Shown in pieces: positions 9,606 to 18,469 of a DNA stretch of 64,000 nucleotides. Both the position numbers and the translations under genes were made by a program. Numbering within the stretch: the stretch's first letter is position 1; each line of letters begins with the position of its first letter. The DNA comes from Candidatus Iainarchaeum sp. (GTDB taxonomy: Archaea; Nanobdellota; Nanobdellia; Pacearchaeales; GW2011-AR1), in assembly GCA_043815085.1 (NCBI GenBank), contig JBDRJG010000001.1, positions 1,594-65,593 on the forward strand. Reading direction: 5' to 3'. The notes beneath the pieces are model-generated. The model did no database searches, had not been told where the DNA came from, and saw only the letters and a program-made list of their open reading frames with translations.

Positions 9606-10307
9606 CTAATTGGAAGCGATTTTTTGTCTTTTTTTCGTCTTTTTGAAAAAGAGAAAATACAAAAATCCCAATAAAAGAGCAGTTAAATAAATTATTGCAA
9701 TTCCCAAGAATATTTTAAACAAAAGAGGATTCTTCCCAATTTCTTTTCCAAAGTATGTCTGGATGAAAATTGCAGGAGCCAGTCCTAAAAGTGTCCATAT
9801 TAAGAATTCCCGTAATTTCATCTTTGTTAGGCCGGCAAGATAACTCCAGATATCTGAAGAAGTTAAAGGATTTACTCTAAGAATAAATATTGAAAGTTTT
9901 CCGTATTTGTCAGAAAAAGCATCAAATTTATCAATATGCTTTTTTTCTATTTTTTTCTCCACAAAAGCCCTTCCATATATCCTAGCAATTTTGAATGCAA
10001 TTGAAGAACCGATTGCTACCCCAATCATTATGAGAATCCACGAGACATAAGGCCCAAAAACAATTCCTCCAGCTACGTAAAAGAAAAATGGATGAATCGG
10101 AGCGAGAACAATCCCTGCAATAATCAAGAGAATATAAATTAAAAAAGAAATTCCTTTAAATGAAGAGATAAAAAGAATCATCTCTTCCTGATTAAAATTT
10201 ATTAAAGAATAAAAAAACCCTCTTGTAATATAAGAATATAATAGAAATCCCAAAATAATAAGGAAAATAGCAAAAATTATCCAATCAATTAATCTCTTTT
10301 TACGCAT
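9606..10307 (-). CDS. DedA/TVP38 family membrane protein (paralog 2, tandem duplicate)
   Basis: 233 aa. It is collinear with 8850-9563 (YVAGGIVFGPY; RVNPLTSSDIWSYLAGLTKMK). Confidence 0.7.
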   Translation of the reverse strand: MRKKRLIDWIIFAIFLIILGFLLYSYITRGFFYSLINFNQEEMILFISSFKGISFLIYILLIIAGIVLAPIHPFFFYVAGGIVFGPYVSWILIMIGVAIGSSIAFKIARIYGRAFVEKKIEKKHIDKFDAFSDKYGKLSIFILRVNPLTSSDIWSYLAGLTKMKLREFLIWTLLGLAPAIFIQTYFGKEIGKNPLLFKIFLGIAIIYLTALLLGFLYFLFFKKTKKRQKIASN

Positions 10308-10351
10308 GTTTTAACTAAGTTTATTCTCTTTAAAAGGAATACGCCTCCGGC

Positions 10352-10450
10352 ATAAGTCTCGCTTTTAGAACAACGCCCTCTAATTTTATCTTGAAATATA
10401 TACGTATAATCTCTTTTTAAAAATGAGGCTGCTACTTAGTGGGTGCAGAA
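10352..10450. repeat. roughly 100-nt intergenic direct repeat, copy 1 (the twin is at 11713-11810)
   Basis: The copies are nearly identical. The only internal difference is A5 versus A4. Core sequence: TAAGTCTCGCTTTTAGAACAACGCCCTCTAATTTTATCTTGAAATATATACGTATAATCTCTTTTTAAAA(A)TGAGGCTGCTACTTAGTGGGTGCAGAA. Confidence 0.8.
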
Positions 10451-10465
10451 AAGAAGATTAATGAG

Positions 10466-11635
10466 TTAGAAAACAAGTTCTTTAGGACCTTTTAAATCAT
10501 CTCTAATCTCTGGATTATCCCGAGGATTATAAGCCCCTTCATTTTTAATTCTTATTTGAGAATCTCTTGTAACATATCCTATTTTCTTTGATTTTATGCC
10601 ATATTCTGACGCAATTTTAATAACTCCTTCTGGATCTGGAGTGATAATCACCATCCCTTGACCCATATTCCAGGTTTTATATGCTTCAATATCTGAAACA
10701 TTTCCTAATGCTTGCGTATACTTCATAAACTCGGACGGTTCAAAAGGAGCGTCTATTATTGCTCCTAATTGGGAAGGTTTTAATATCCTCCCAAGTTTTC
10801 CAGGAACTCCTCCGCCAGTTATATGTGCTACTCCATGAACTTTCGTCTTTGGCTCTCCGTTGTATCCTCCAAACATATCAACAACTGCAGCAGTATAAAT
10901 CTTTGAAGGAGTTAATGCTAGATCTGCTAAACTCGTATTTCCTCTTTTCCAAGGGACTTGATGCCAATTGTCACCATGATTATTTTTCATAATTTTTCTA
11001 ACTAAAGATAAACCATTTGACCTGAATCCTTCTTCTCTCAATCCAACTAAATAATCTCCTTCTTTAATTTCTTTTCCAGTAAACAATCTATCTCTATTAG
11101 CAAACCATACAACCGCCGCTCCCCAATTATAATTAAAGGATCCAAATCCTCCAACCCTGTTTCCAAGTTCAGCTACTTCTCCGTTAACAATTGCTACATT
11201 TGCTGCTTTTGCAGCACCAATGTACCCTTCTGCTAATTGTCTTATCTCTTCAATAAATGGTTTTTCAGAAGTTCCAAGTGAATTAACATCAAGAATTGAA
11301 CCAATTAAAACTGGCTCTGCCCCTCTTACAACTGCATCATCTGTAACCATTGCAAATAAGTCATAAGCGATTGTTCTATGATTCTTGACTCTTTCAGCCA
11401 ATTCCATTTTTGTTCCGACACCATCAAATCCAATATTCATTAAAGTTCCAGTAGGCAAATGAGAAACATCAATTGCTCTAACTCCTGTAAAATCATCAAA
11501 AGGAACAATTACTTCTCCCAATTTTCCTTTTCTATTATCCCAAGTTCGTTTTGCAGCATTATATAAAATTTTAGAAACATCATCGCCCAAATCAATATTC
11601 ACTCCTGAATCTGCATAGGTTGATTTTTGTGCCAT
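10466..11635 (-). CDS. PurM-like protein (AIR synthase-related; phosphoribosylformylglycinamidine cyclo-ligase family)
   Basis: 389 aa. The N-terminus MAQKSTYADSGVNIDLGDD resembles the PurM N-terminus (YKDAGVDIDAG). PurM N- and C-domain architecture is present. Confidence 0.55.
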   Translation of the reverse strand: MAQKSTYADSGVNIDLGDDVSKILYNAAKRTWDNRKGKLGEVIVPFDDFTGVRAIDVSHLPTGTLMNIGFDGVGTKMELAERVKNHRTIAYDLFAMVTDDAVVRGAEPVLIGSILDVNSLGTSEKPFIEEIRQLAEGYIGAAKAANVAIVNGEVAELGNRVGGFGSFNYNWGAAVVWFANRDRLFTGKEIKEGDYLVGLREEGFRSNGLSLVRKIMKNNHGDNWHQVPWKRGNTSLADLALTPSKIYTAAVVDMFGGYNGEPKTKVHGVAHITGGGVPGKLGRILKPSQLGAIIDAPFEPSEFMKYTQALGNVSDIEAYKTWNMGQGMVIITPDPEGVIKIASEYGIKSKKIGYVTRDSQIRIKNEGAYNPRDNPEIRDDLKGPKELVF

Positions 11636-11712
11636 TATTTAATATGTTTAATTTTATTTTTAAAGATTATTGTGATTTTTTTCTAAAATTCTTTTATATA
11701 TTAAATCCCGCC

Positions 11713-11810
11713 GTAAGTCTCGCTTTTAGAACAACGCCCTCTAATTTTATCTTGAAATATATACGTATAATCTCTTTTTAAAATGAGGCTGCTACTTAGT
11801 GGGTGCAGAA
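11713..11810. repeat. roughly 100-nt intergenic direct repeat, copy 2 (the twin is at 10352-10450)
   Basis: See copy 1. The two copies bracket the purM-like gene. Each lies in the spacer between consecutive minus-strand genes. Confidence 0.8.
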
Positions 11811-11834
11811 TAACACAGATAAGAATCCAAGTCC

Positions 11835-12818
11835 TTACAACTCTTCCCAAGAAACCACTTTATCAGAAGTTTTTCCTCTTAGTTCATTGAGTGTTAGTTT
11901 TTTCTCTAAAAGATAGCGTTCTAGTGTTTCCTTTAGACCATCTATAATCCCATCTCCCTTTAACATTACTTCTGTGCAATATTGTAGATTATTGGCTCCG
12001 TATGCTAAAAAAGATACTATTGTTTCTAAATCAGTACTTGTTCCCCCAGAAGCAGAAACAGGGATTCCTGTTTTTGCCAAATTATTTACAATAAGGAAAG
12101 CGAAAGGTTTTATTGTGTGGTAAGAAATCCCTCCTGGAGTTGTTCTGCCCTTGGTATTTAATCTTGGAGAAAGATTTGCTGGATTAATTGAAGTTAAACC
12201 TGCTATTGTGTTAATTGCCGCAATCGCATTAGCCCCATTCGTATGGCAAACTTCGGCAACTAATCTTTCATTTGGGTAAACCACATAAGGTAATTTTGGC
12301 ATTATTATTCCTTCCTTTCTAAAGTTATCTGCCACGGTTCTTGTAATTCTTCCACATAAATCATGGTTCTGACCTATCAAATAACCTCTCCCATGAGCAT
12401 CACTATGTGGGCAAGAGAAATTTAATTCAAACCCATCTATGAGGGTCTTAGAAAAGGCCTGAGCAAGAGTTTTCCATTCTTCTAAGTTATCCGAAGCGAA
12501 GAGACTTACAAGCAAAAGATTATTTGGAAATTCTCTTTTTAATTTCTTAGTTTGTTCTACCCAATAGTCGATAGATAACTCTGAACCCATTTCATAATTT
12601 TGTAATGCAGTTTTCTCACCCCCATAACTCAAATATCTCATATGCGGAGATTTATCTTTTAAGGGATTAAGAACCACACTTTTGGTTATTGCCCCAGCCC
12701 ATCCTTTAGAAAATGCTTGTGAGATTGCACAATAATCTCTGGTGGGGGGTCCAGAAGCTAGAATAAAAGGACTATCTAATCTCTTTCCACAAAAATCTAC
12801 GGATAAATTAGCGTCCAT
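11835..12818 (-). CDS. dihydroorotate dehydrogenase-family TIM-barrel flavoprotein (PyrD-like)
   Basis: 327 aa. It starts with FCGKRLDSPFILASGPP. Mid-protein NFSCPHS and a C-terminal VSASGGTSTDLETIVSFLAYGANNLQYCT resemble DHOD/DHPD family motifs. Confidence 0.55.
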   Translation of the reverse strand: MDANLSVDFCGKRLDSPFILASGPPTRDYCAISQAFSKGWAGAITKSVVLNPLKDKSPHMRYLSYGGEKTALQNYEMGSELSIDYWVEQTKKLKREFPNNLLLVSLFASDNLEEWKTLAQAFSKTLIDGFELNFSCPHSDAHGRGYLIGQNHDLCGRITRTVADNFRKEGIIMPKLPYVVYPNERLVAEVCHTNGANAIAAINTIAGLTSINPANLSPRLNTKGRTTPGGISYHTIKPFAFLIVNNLAKTGIPVSASGGTSTDLETIVSFLAYGANNLQYCTEVMLKGDGIIDGLKETLERYLLEKKLTLNELRGKTSDKVVSWEEL

Positions 12819-12906
12819 AAAAACCCAAAAGGAAAATACTTTAAAAGAATATATTTCTTTAATCGCTATAATAACACTCTGTTTGGGCGTTGAATAGAAT
12901 GAGATA

Positions 12907-12986
12907 CGCCCCCAGCAGGAATCGAACCTGCGAGCCCAAAGGGCCTGGTTCTCAAGACCAGTGCAATACCACTATGCGATGGAGGC
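12907..12986 (-). tRNA. tRNA-Ser (anticodon UGA), class II with a long variable arm
   Basis: Hand-folded cloverleaf. The acceptor stem is GCCUCCA/UGGGGGC. The D-loop is AGUGGUA. The anticodon stem CUGGU/ACCAG closes loop CUUGAGA, giving anticodon UGA. The variable arm is 13 nt (GCCCUUUGGGCUC). The T-arm is GCAGG-UUCGAUU-CCUGC. The discriminator is G. No CCA is encoded. Confidence 0.7.
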
Positions 12987-13063
12987 CCCCATAAACTTAC
13001 TTCATTCACTAAATTATTAATGACTAAAATAGAATCAAAGTTTAGATTAAAAATCTTACTGTC

Positions 13064-13450
13064 TCACAATTTTTTTCTTAAAAAGAACAAATAATAAACC
13101 AAAGGCAAAATTCCCGGTAAAATAAGACAGCCAATCACCATTGCAATTGCATTTGCAACATTTTTCTCTTTTATTGCGACTAATACAATTAAAGAAATTG
13201 CATATAATCCAGAGTATGCATAAAATATAATTAACCATCTCATAGAAGACAACATTGAAAATATCATTTGATTAACAGCTTCTTCTGTTGAAGCTTTTGT
13301 AGGACCAGAAAAAACACTAACTAATACAATTACAGCTAAAATCACTAAAATTAAAGTGGCTATATCATAAAATACTCTTGTTTTACTCATTAGATTAATT
13401 AATAAAATATAATTCTTAAATTTTACTATAATCCAAAAATTCTTCTCCAC
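13064..13450 (-). CDS. hypothetical small membrane protein (128 aa)
   Basis: Four predicted hydrophobic helices. No motif. Confidence 0.4.
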   Translation of the reverse strand: MEKNFWIIVKFKNYILLINLMSKTRVFYDIATLILVILAVIVLVSVFSGPTKASTEEAVNQMIFSMLSSMRWLIIFYAYSGLYAISLIVLVAIKEKNVANAIAMVIGCLILPGILPLVYYLFFLRKKL

Positions 13451-13698
13451 CAGGGTTTTTTTATTGGAATTGGTCTATCATTTTCATCAAGAATCTCATA
13501 TTTTATAGTTGGTTTCTCTCTAAGAATTGGTGCCTCTTCTGCAAGCTCTTTTTGGGTCCTTTCAAGAGCAGAATCTATCATTGTCCTTGAATAACCTTGA
13601 TTAATTAGCGCCCATTTAAGAGATTCTCCAGTATATCCTTTTTTTAAATTTTTCTTAAAATAATCCACAAGTCTGCTTTTATATTCCTCGCTTCTCAT
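13426..13698 (-). CDS. hypothetical protein (90 aa)
   Basis: ORF overlapping the downstream gene by 25 nt. No motif. Confidence 0.35.
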   Translation of the reverse strand: MRSEEYKSRLVDYFKKNLKKGYTGESLKWALINQGYSRTMIDSALERTQKELAEEAPILREKPTIKYEILDENDRPIPIKKPWWRRIFGL

Positions 13699-13735
13699 AA
13701 TAAAAACAAGAAGGTTGAAGTTTAAAAGATTTTGT

Positions 13736-15220
13736 TTATTTAAAAATTATTGGCTTTTCTCTCTTATAATAATCAATTGCTTCTTGCAAACGAGGCCTTG
13801 ATTCTGCATAAATTGTCAGAATATTGCTTCCCTTTTTTAATTTATTTCCAACATGCGCAGAAAGATATAATCCTGAAGATTTATCAACTGGGCATCCTGC
13901 AATTCTTGCAAGCAAGTTAATCTTTATATTATCAATAGATTCTACTCTCAAAGAAGAACTTGCAAGAATATCTTTTTTGAATTTTCCTAATTCAAGATGT
14001 TTTATACTTCCATTCTGGGCTTTAATTATCTCTACAAATTTTTTAAATGCTTTTCCAGAATCCAAAATTTCTTCTGCTCTTGCAAAACCTTTTCCTTTCT
14101 TTGTCTTTCCTGTCATTTCTAGGAGTTGCCCAGCTAAAAACAGGGATTTTTCTCTCAAATCTTTCGGCCCCCCAGTTTCAAAAGGGTTCAAAACTTTAAT
14201 CACATCCATAAGTTCAAGTATTGGCCCAATTCCATTTCCAATTGGTTGATCTCCTTTGGTTAAAACAACTTTTAATTTAATTTTAAAATGCTTTCCTAAC
14301 CTTTCAAAACTCTTCTTTAGTTTAAGTGCTGATTTTTTGTTTACCTTCGCTGTCTTTCCATAAGGAATATCTATAATAAGATATTTACTTCCAACTGCAA
14401 TTTTTTTAGCCATTATAGAGGCTAAAAGTTGTGCATAGGGGTCAATTTTAAGTATTCTCTCTACTCGAATTATTTTTGAATCTGCTGGAACTAATTCCAG
14501 TGAGCCGCCCCAAACAAGAAATGCTCCTGTTTTTCTGATTATTTTTTTTAATTCTTTAATTGAAAATTCTACCTGGGCAATTGATTCTATCACATCTGCT
14601 GTCCCAGTAGCACTAGTTATTGCTTTCGAAGAAGTTTTTGGAACAGTTAGTCCTGCAGCAGCACAGATAGACACAACAATAGGGGTTGTTCTATTCCCTG
14701 GAATTCCTCCTATACAATGTTTATCCACTATAAACTTTCCAGGCAGAGAAAGAACATCCCCTGATTCAATAAATGCCTCAATCAGACTAATCGTTTCTTT
14801 GAGATTCATCTTATTTTCATACATTCCTGAGACAAAGAGCGCAATCTCTGGATCAGAAAGAGAATTATTTACTATATCTTTTATTATCTCTTTAATTTCT
14901 TCTTTAGAAAGTTTCTTTTTATCCACTTTTTTTCTTATATAAGAAAGGCTAACAGGGGATTTTGCAATATTTACATCTACTCTCTGCCCTTCTCGCAAGC
15001 TAAATAATTCTTTTATTTCAGAAGAGATTCCAATTTCATCTTCCTTAATAATTTTCTCAACAATATCTACAATAGAAGAAAATTCGCCATCCTTCCTTGA
15101 GAGTTTCTCAATAGATATTCTATCATTCTTATGAATCCCCATCTTTTCTGCAGTCTTTAGATTAAGCATAACTACCGGAATTCCTGCAGACCATTTTAAC
15201 AAACGAACTTTTAGCTCCAT
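13736..15220 (-). CDS. deoA: AMP phosphorylase / thymidine phosphorylase family protein (archaeal DeoA-like)
   Basis: 494 aa. The pyrimidine-nucleoside phosphorylase core is present (DKHCIGGIPGNRTTPIVVSICAAAGLTVPKTSSKAITSATGTADVIE). An extra N-terminal roughly 80-aa domain is typical of archaeal AMP phosphorylases of about 500 aa. Confidence 0.7.
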   Translation of the reverse strand: MELKVRLLKWSAGIPVVMLNLKTAEKMGIHKNDRISIEKLSRKDGEFSSIVDIVEKIIKEDEIGISSEIKELFSLREGQRVDVNIAKSPVSLSYIRKKVDKKKLSKEEIKEIIKDIVNNSLSDPEIALFVSGMYENKMNLKETISLIEAFIESGDVLSLPGKFIVDKHCIGGIPGNRTTPIVVSICAAAGLTVPKTSSKAITSATGTADVIESIAQVEFSIKELKKIIRKTGAFLVWGGSLELVPADSKIIRVERILKIDPYAQLLASIMAKKIAVGSKYLIIDIPYGKTAKVNKKSALKLKKSFERLGKHFKIKLKVVLTKGDQPIGNGIGPILELMDVIKVLNPFETGGPKDLREKSLFLAGQLLEMTGKTKKGKGFARAEEILDSGKAFKKFVEIIKAQNGSIKHLELGKFKKDILASSSLRVESIDNIKINLLARIAGCPVDKSSGLYLSAHVGNKLKKGSNILTIYAESRPRLQEAIDYYKREKPIIFK

Positions 15221-15254
15221 CTTTTTTAATAATTAGAAAAATTGATTTTTATAT

Positions 15255-16295
15255 TTATTCTTTTTCTGGTTTCTGAATAAAAACTTCAGGCGTCTTTTTA
15301 TCTCTATAAATTTCTAAAATTATAAGAAGATAAGCAAGAATCAAAGGCCCAAGTATAACTCCGAATATTCCGAATACAAAAAGTCCTCCTATTATTCCTA
15401 TTAGAATTATTGAAGAATTGAGCTTAGTGAATTTTGAAACAAAGATCGGTTTGAGGAGAGTTTCAATTAGAATAGAGATTAATCCGAAGGCAGTTACACC
15501 TAATGCAGCGAGGGTATTTCCTGCAATAAGGAAATAAACTGCAACAGGAAGCCAAACAATAACATTCCCAAAGACAGGAATTATTCCTGCAAATGCTGCA
15601 AGAACTGCTAGCAATACTGCATTAGGGGCTTTAAATACAAAAAAACCTATTGCAGCTATCAACCCCTGAATTATTCCGACTATTACCTGCCCATATAAAA
15701 CAGAGAGTGTTATTTCTTTAGTTGATTTAATTAATTTTTCATCCACGTCTCTTGAAAAAGGAAGCAGACTTTTAACATACAAAACTAATTTATCTCCATC
15801 TCTCAAAACAAAAAAGAAGGTGAAAAAGACCACAATTAATTGCAGAATAATCTTTGGAATATTTAAAAGAATGCTCGAGAAAGAATTCATAAGAGAATTT
15901 GTTGCTTTTGTTATAAATGTTCTTAGAGCATTAGCCACTTCATTTGAAAATGTGTCTGACTGGAAAAAATTAGGGAAAAATTTTGTGAGGGTAGTCACGA
16001 AATCCATTTGCTGAGAAGCAATGTAAAATTTTATTGATTGATTTATTACCGCTGGTGCCAAATACCAAAGAGGAACAATAATCAAAACAATTAAAAGCAG
16101 ACAGATTAAAGATGCTGTTAAATTTTTCCTTTTCAGAAATTTAATCGCGAACTTATAAATTGGGCTGAATATAAATGCTAACAAAATCCCGAGAATTATA
16201 GCCATTAGAATTGGTTTTATTATTAGAAAAGCAAGGAATATCAAGGCGATTGCTGAAATTAACGGGACAGCCTTTTTGAAAAAATCGTCTGACAT
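15255..16295 (-). CDS. AI-2E family transporter (PerM/YdiK-like, UPF0118)
   Basis: 346 aa with roughly 8 TM helices. The topology and a conserved C-terminal segment are consistent with AI-2E family. Confidence 0.55.
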   Translation of the reverse strand: MSDDFFKKAVPLISAIALIFLAFLIIKPILMAIILGILLAFIFSPIYKFAIKFLKRKNLTASLICLLLIVLIIVPLWYLAPAVINQSIKFYIASQQMDFVTTLTKFFPNFFQSDTFSNEVANALRTFITKATNSLMNSFSSILLNIPKIILQLIVVFFTFFFVLRDGDKLVLYVKSLLPFSRDVDEKLIKSTKEITLSVLYGQVIVGIIQGLIAAIGFFVFKAPNAVLLAVLAAFAGIIPVFGNVIVWLPVAVYFLIAGNTLAALGVTAFGLISILIETLLKPIFVSKFTKLNSSIILIGIIGGLFVFGIFGVILGPLILAYLLIILEIYRDKKTPEVFIQKPEKE

Positions 16296-16393
16296 ATTTT
16301 ATTCTCTCGGGTTTTTCTCCATATAAAATAACCCGTAAGAATTTATAAAGGTTTGTCAAAAAAGTTTATAAAGTTGCTAGATGAAAAAGAATT

Positions 16394-17104
16394 ATGAACT
16401 TTATAAAAAAAGTGCATGACAGGAAGTTTGATGAAGAAGTCCATCTGCAGTTCCAGAGATTCTCAAAAGGAGAATTCAAAAATAGGGCTATACTAAACGC
16501 AAAATTCTCTGGAGGAAGATATACAATAAATACTAGCGCAGAGTTTGCAAATGAACTTGTGAAAGAAGTTGCAGAAAAATTGGGTTCAAAAAAGACAAAA
16601 GTGAGTGGTGCGATAATCTCCACTTTAGATTTGAAAAAAGATTTGGAATTTAAAGAGATTAAACAATTTCAGGGAGTTAAAAAATATATTCTTGAAAACG
16701 AGATGTCTGGCTCCGAGATTGTTAATTTAATCAATAAATTTCCAAAAGCATTTTTTGCATTAAGTTTTGATGCTGGAGATGAAACCATTCTTAAAACTAA
16801 AGTGAAATCTCCAAAATCTGGAAAGCCAGGAACAAAGGGGGAAGAAGCACCAAAGCCAGATTTCTGCAAATTAGTAACCAAAGACAAAAAAATTGCAGAA
16901 AATTTCATTTTTGAGAAGCCTGAATTTAAGAATGCAAAGGTTGTTCATGATTTTATTATTGAAAATATTAAGATTCCAGATGAACTGAAAGATTCAGAGG
17001 ATTTTGCACTTGTGAGAGAAAAAGCATTGCGCATTGGAAAGATTCTTAGAAAGGCGGAAATCGACGGAGAAAAACTTGTGAGAGAGTTGGATTTTAGTGC
17101 TTGA
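16394..17104 (+). CDS. hypothetical protein (236 aa) immediately upstream of the r-protein operon
   Basis: Long ORF with coding-like composition. No motif recognised. Confidence 0.45.
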   Translation: MNFIKKVHDRKFDEEVHLQFQRFSKGEFKNRAILNAKFSGGRYTINTSAEFANELVKEVAEKLGSKKTKVSGAIISTLDLKKDLEFKEIKQFQGVKKYILENEMSGSEIVNLINKFPKAFFALSFDAGDETILKTKVKSPKSGKPGTKGEEAPKPDFCKLVTKDKKIAENFIFEKPEFKNAKVVHDFIIENIKIPDELKDSEDFALVREKALRIGKILRKAEIDGEKLVRELDFSA

Positions 17105-17202
17105 GCGAAGCCTTTTTAAATCCCCTTTTTCTTGATAATTTATCCAGGGTAGAAATAAAATGATAATTTCCGCATTATTACCAAACATAAACAATATAGA
17201 AA

Positions 17203-18156
17203 ATGCCTTCAACAAAATCTCCAAGAAAAGGAAGTTTGCAGTTCTGGCCTCGAAAGAGAGTCAACAGATTTTTACCTAGTGTAAACTGGAAAGCTATTAA
17301 TTCTGGAAAGAGTCTAAAGGGGTTTATTGGATACAAGGCAGGGATGGTATCTGTTGAAATTAAGGATTTAACCCCCAATTCTATGACAAAAGATAAAAGA
17401 ATAATTATTCCAGGCACAATAATAGAATGCCCCTCTATGAAAATATTTTCTGTGAGATTCTATAAAAATGGCAGAGTTGCAAAAGAAATTCTTGCTGAAA
17501 ACCCAGATAAAGAACTTAAAAGAAGAGTCAAGCTTCCAAAAGAACATAAATTTAAATTAGATTCTGTAAAAAGTGAAGAATACGACAATGTTTCTATAAT
17601 TGCTTATTCTCAAGTGAAAAAAACAGAGATAAAGAAAAAACCAGATATGACAGAAATTGGATTGAATGGAAGTTTAGATGAAAAAATGAACTTCATTAAA
17701 ACGCATTTAAATAAAGAAATCTCTTTAGCTGAAATTTTCTCTTCAGGAGAACTTGTTGACTTAAGGGGCTTAACAAAAGGAAAAGGTTTTCAGGGCCCAA
17801 TAAAGAGATTTGGGGCCCACTTAAGATTCCACAAATCTGAAAAAGGAGTGAGAAAAATAGGGAGCATTGGACCTTGGCATCCTGCTCGTGTAACTTTCAG
17901 AGTTCCAATGGCCGGGCAGATGGGGATGTTCACACGAGTGCATTATAATCAAAAAATAATTTCCCTAGGCAAAGCACAAGATTCCCAAGATAAACTTAAA
18001 AATCTAAAAAATTATGGAAACCTTAATACAGATTATCTAATTGTTACGGGCTCTGTTCAGGGAGTTCCAAAAAGACCGTTATTAATTACAGCTACTCTTA
18101 GAACGAGCAAAATGCAGAAAAAGAAAAATTATGAATTTTTGGAGATTAAAAGATGA
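17203..18156 (+). CDS. rpl3: ribosomal protein uL3
   Basis: 317 aa. PRKGSLQFWPRKRV is the hallmark L3 N-terminus, and FQGPIKRFG...GSIGPWHP is in the conserved core. Confidence 0.9.
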   Translation: MPSTKSPRKGSLQFWPRKRVNRFLPSVNWKAINSGKSLKGFIGYKAGMVSVEIKDLTPNSMTKDKRIIIPGTIIECPSMKIFSVRFYKNGRVAKEILAENPDKELKRRVKLPKEHKFKLDSVKSEEYDNVSIIAYSQVKKTEIKKKPDMTEIGLNGSLDEKMNFIKTHLNKEISLAEIFSSGELVDLRGLTKGKGFQGPIKRFGAHLRFHKSEKGVRKIGSIGPWHPARVTFRVPMAGQMGMFTRVHYNQKIISLGKAQDSQDKLKNLKNYGNLNTDYLIVTGSVQGVPKRPLLITATLRTSKMQKKKNYEFLEIKR

Positions 18157-18455
18157 GACACAATGTTAACGAAAAAGTTTTGAAGAAAGGAATTGAAGAA
18201 ATTTTCAAAAAGAACATAAATAATGCAGAAAAAGAATTAGCCACACGATTAGAAGAGAGTAAAAATGAAACAGATAAAAAGGTGTTTGATTATTCTTTTA
18301 AAAATTTATATGATGTCAAAGAAAGATATCTTTCTTTGGTAAGTGCTGTCTCACATTATTTAGATAAAAATAAAATAAAAAAATATGAAGCTGAAATAGA
18401 TAATATGATAGATGAAAAAATTAGGGAATTAAAAAATTATATGGATAGTAAATAA
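18153..18455 (+). CDS. hypothetical K/E-rich protein (100 aa) inserted between rpl3 and rpl4
   Basis: Its ATG overlaps the L3 stop (ATGA). Predicted helical, charged protein. Not a known r-protein family. Confidence 0.5.
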   Translation: MRHNVNEKVLKKGIEEIFKKNINNAEKELATRLEESKNETDKKVFDYSFKNLYDVKERYLSLVSAVSHYLDKNKIKKYEAEIDNMIDEKIRELKNYMDSK

Positions 18456-18469
18456 AAGGGAATACAAAA

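Noticed and set aside
10352-11810. The direct repeats as att sites of an integrated mobile element
   Set aside because: No integrase, transposase or other mobile-element gene lies between or near the repeats. The interval holds a single metabolic gene. The idea is kept only as a low-probability alternative in the findings.
12895-12990. Initial reading of the tRNA as starting at GGGGGCC, with a mismatched acceptor stem
   Set aside because: Re-folding shows the acceptor stem is GCCUCCA/UGGGGGC. The leading G residues are 5' leader. The result is a standard class II tRNA-Ser(UGA).
13824-14249. 141-aa + strand ORF inside the AMP phosphorylase gene
   Set aside because: It is antisense to a well-supported CDS.
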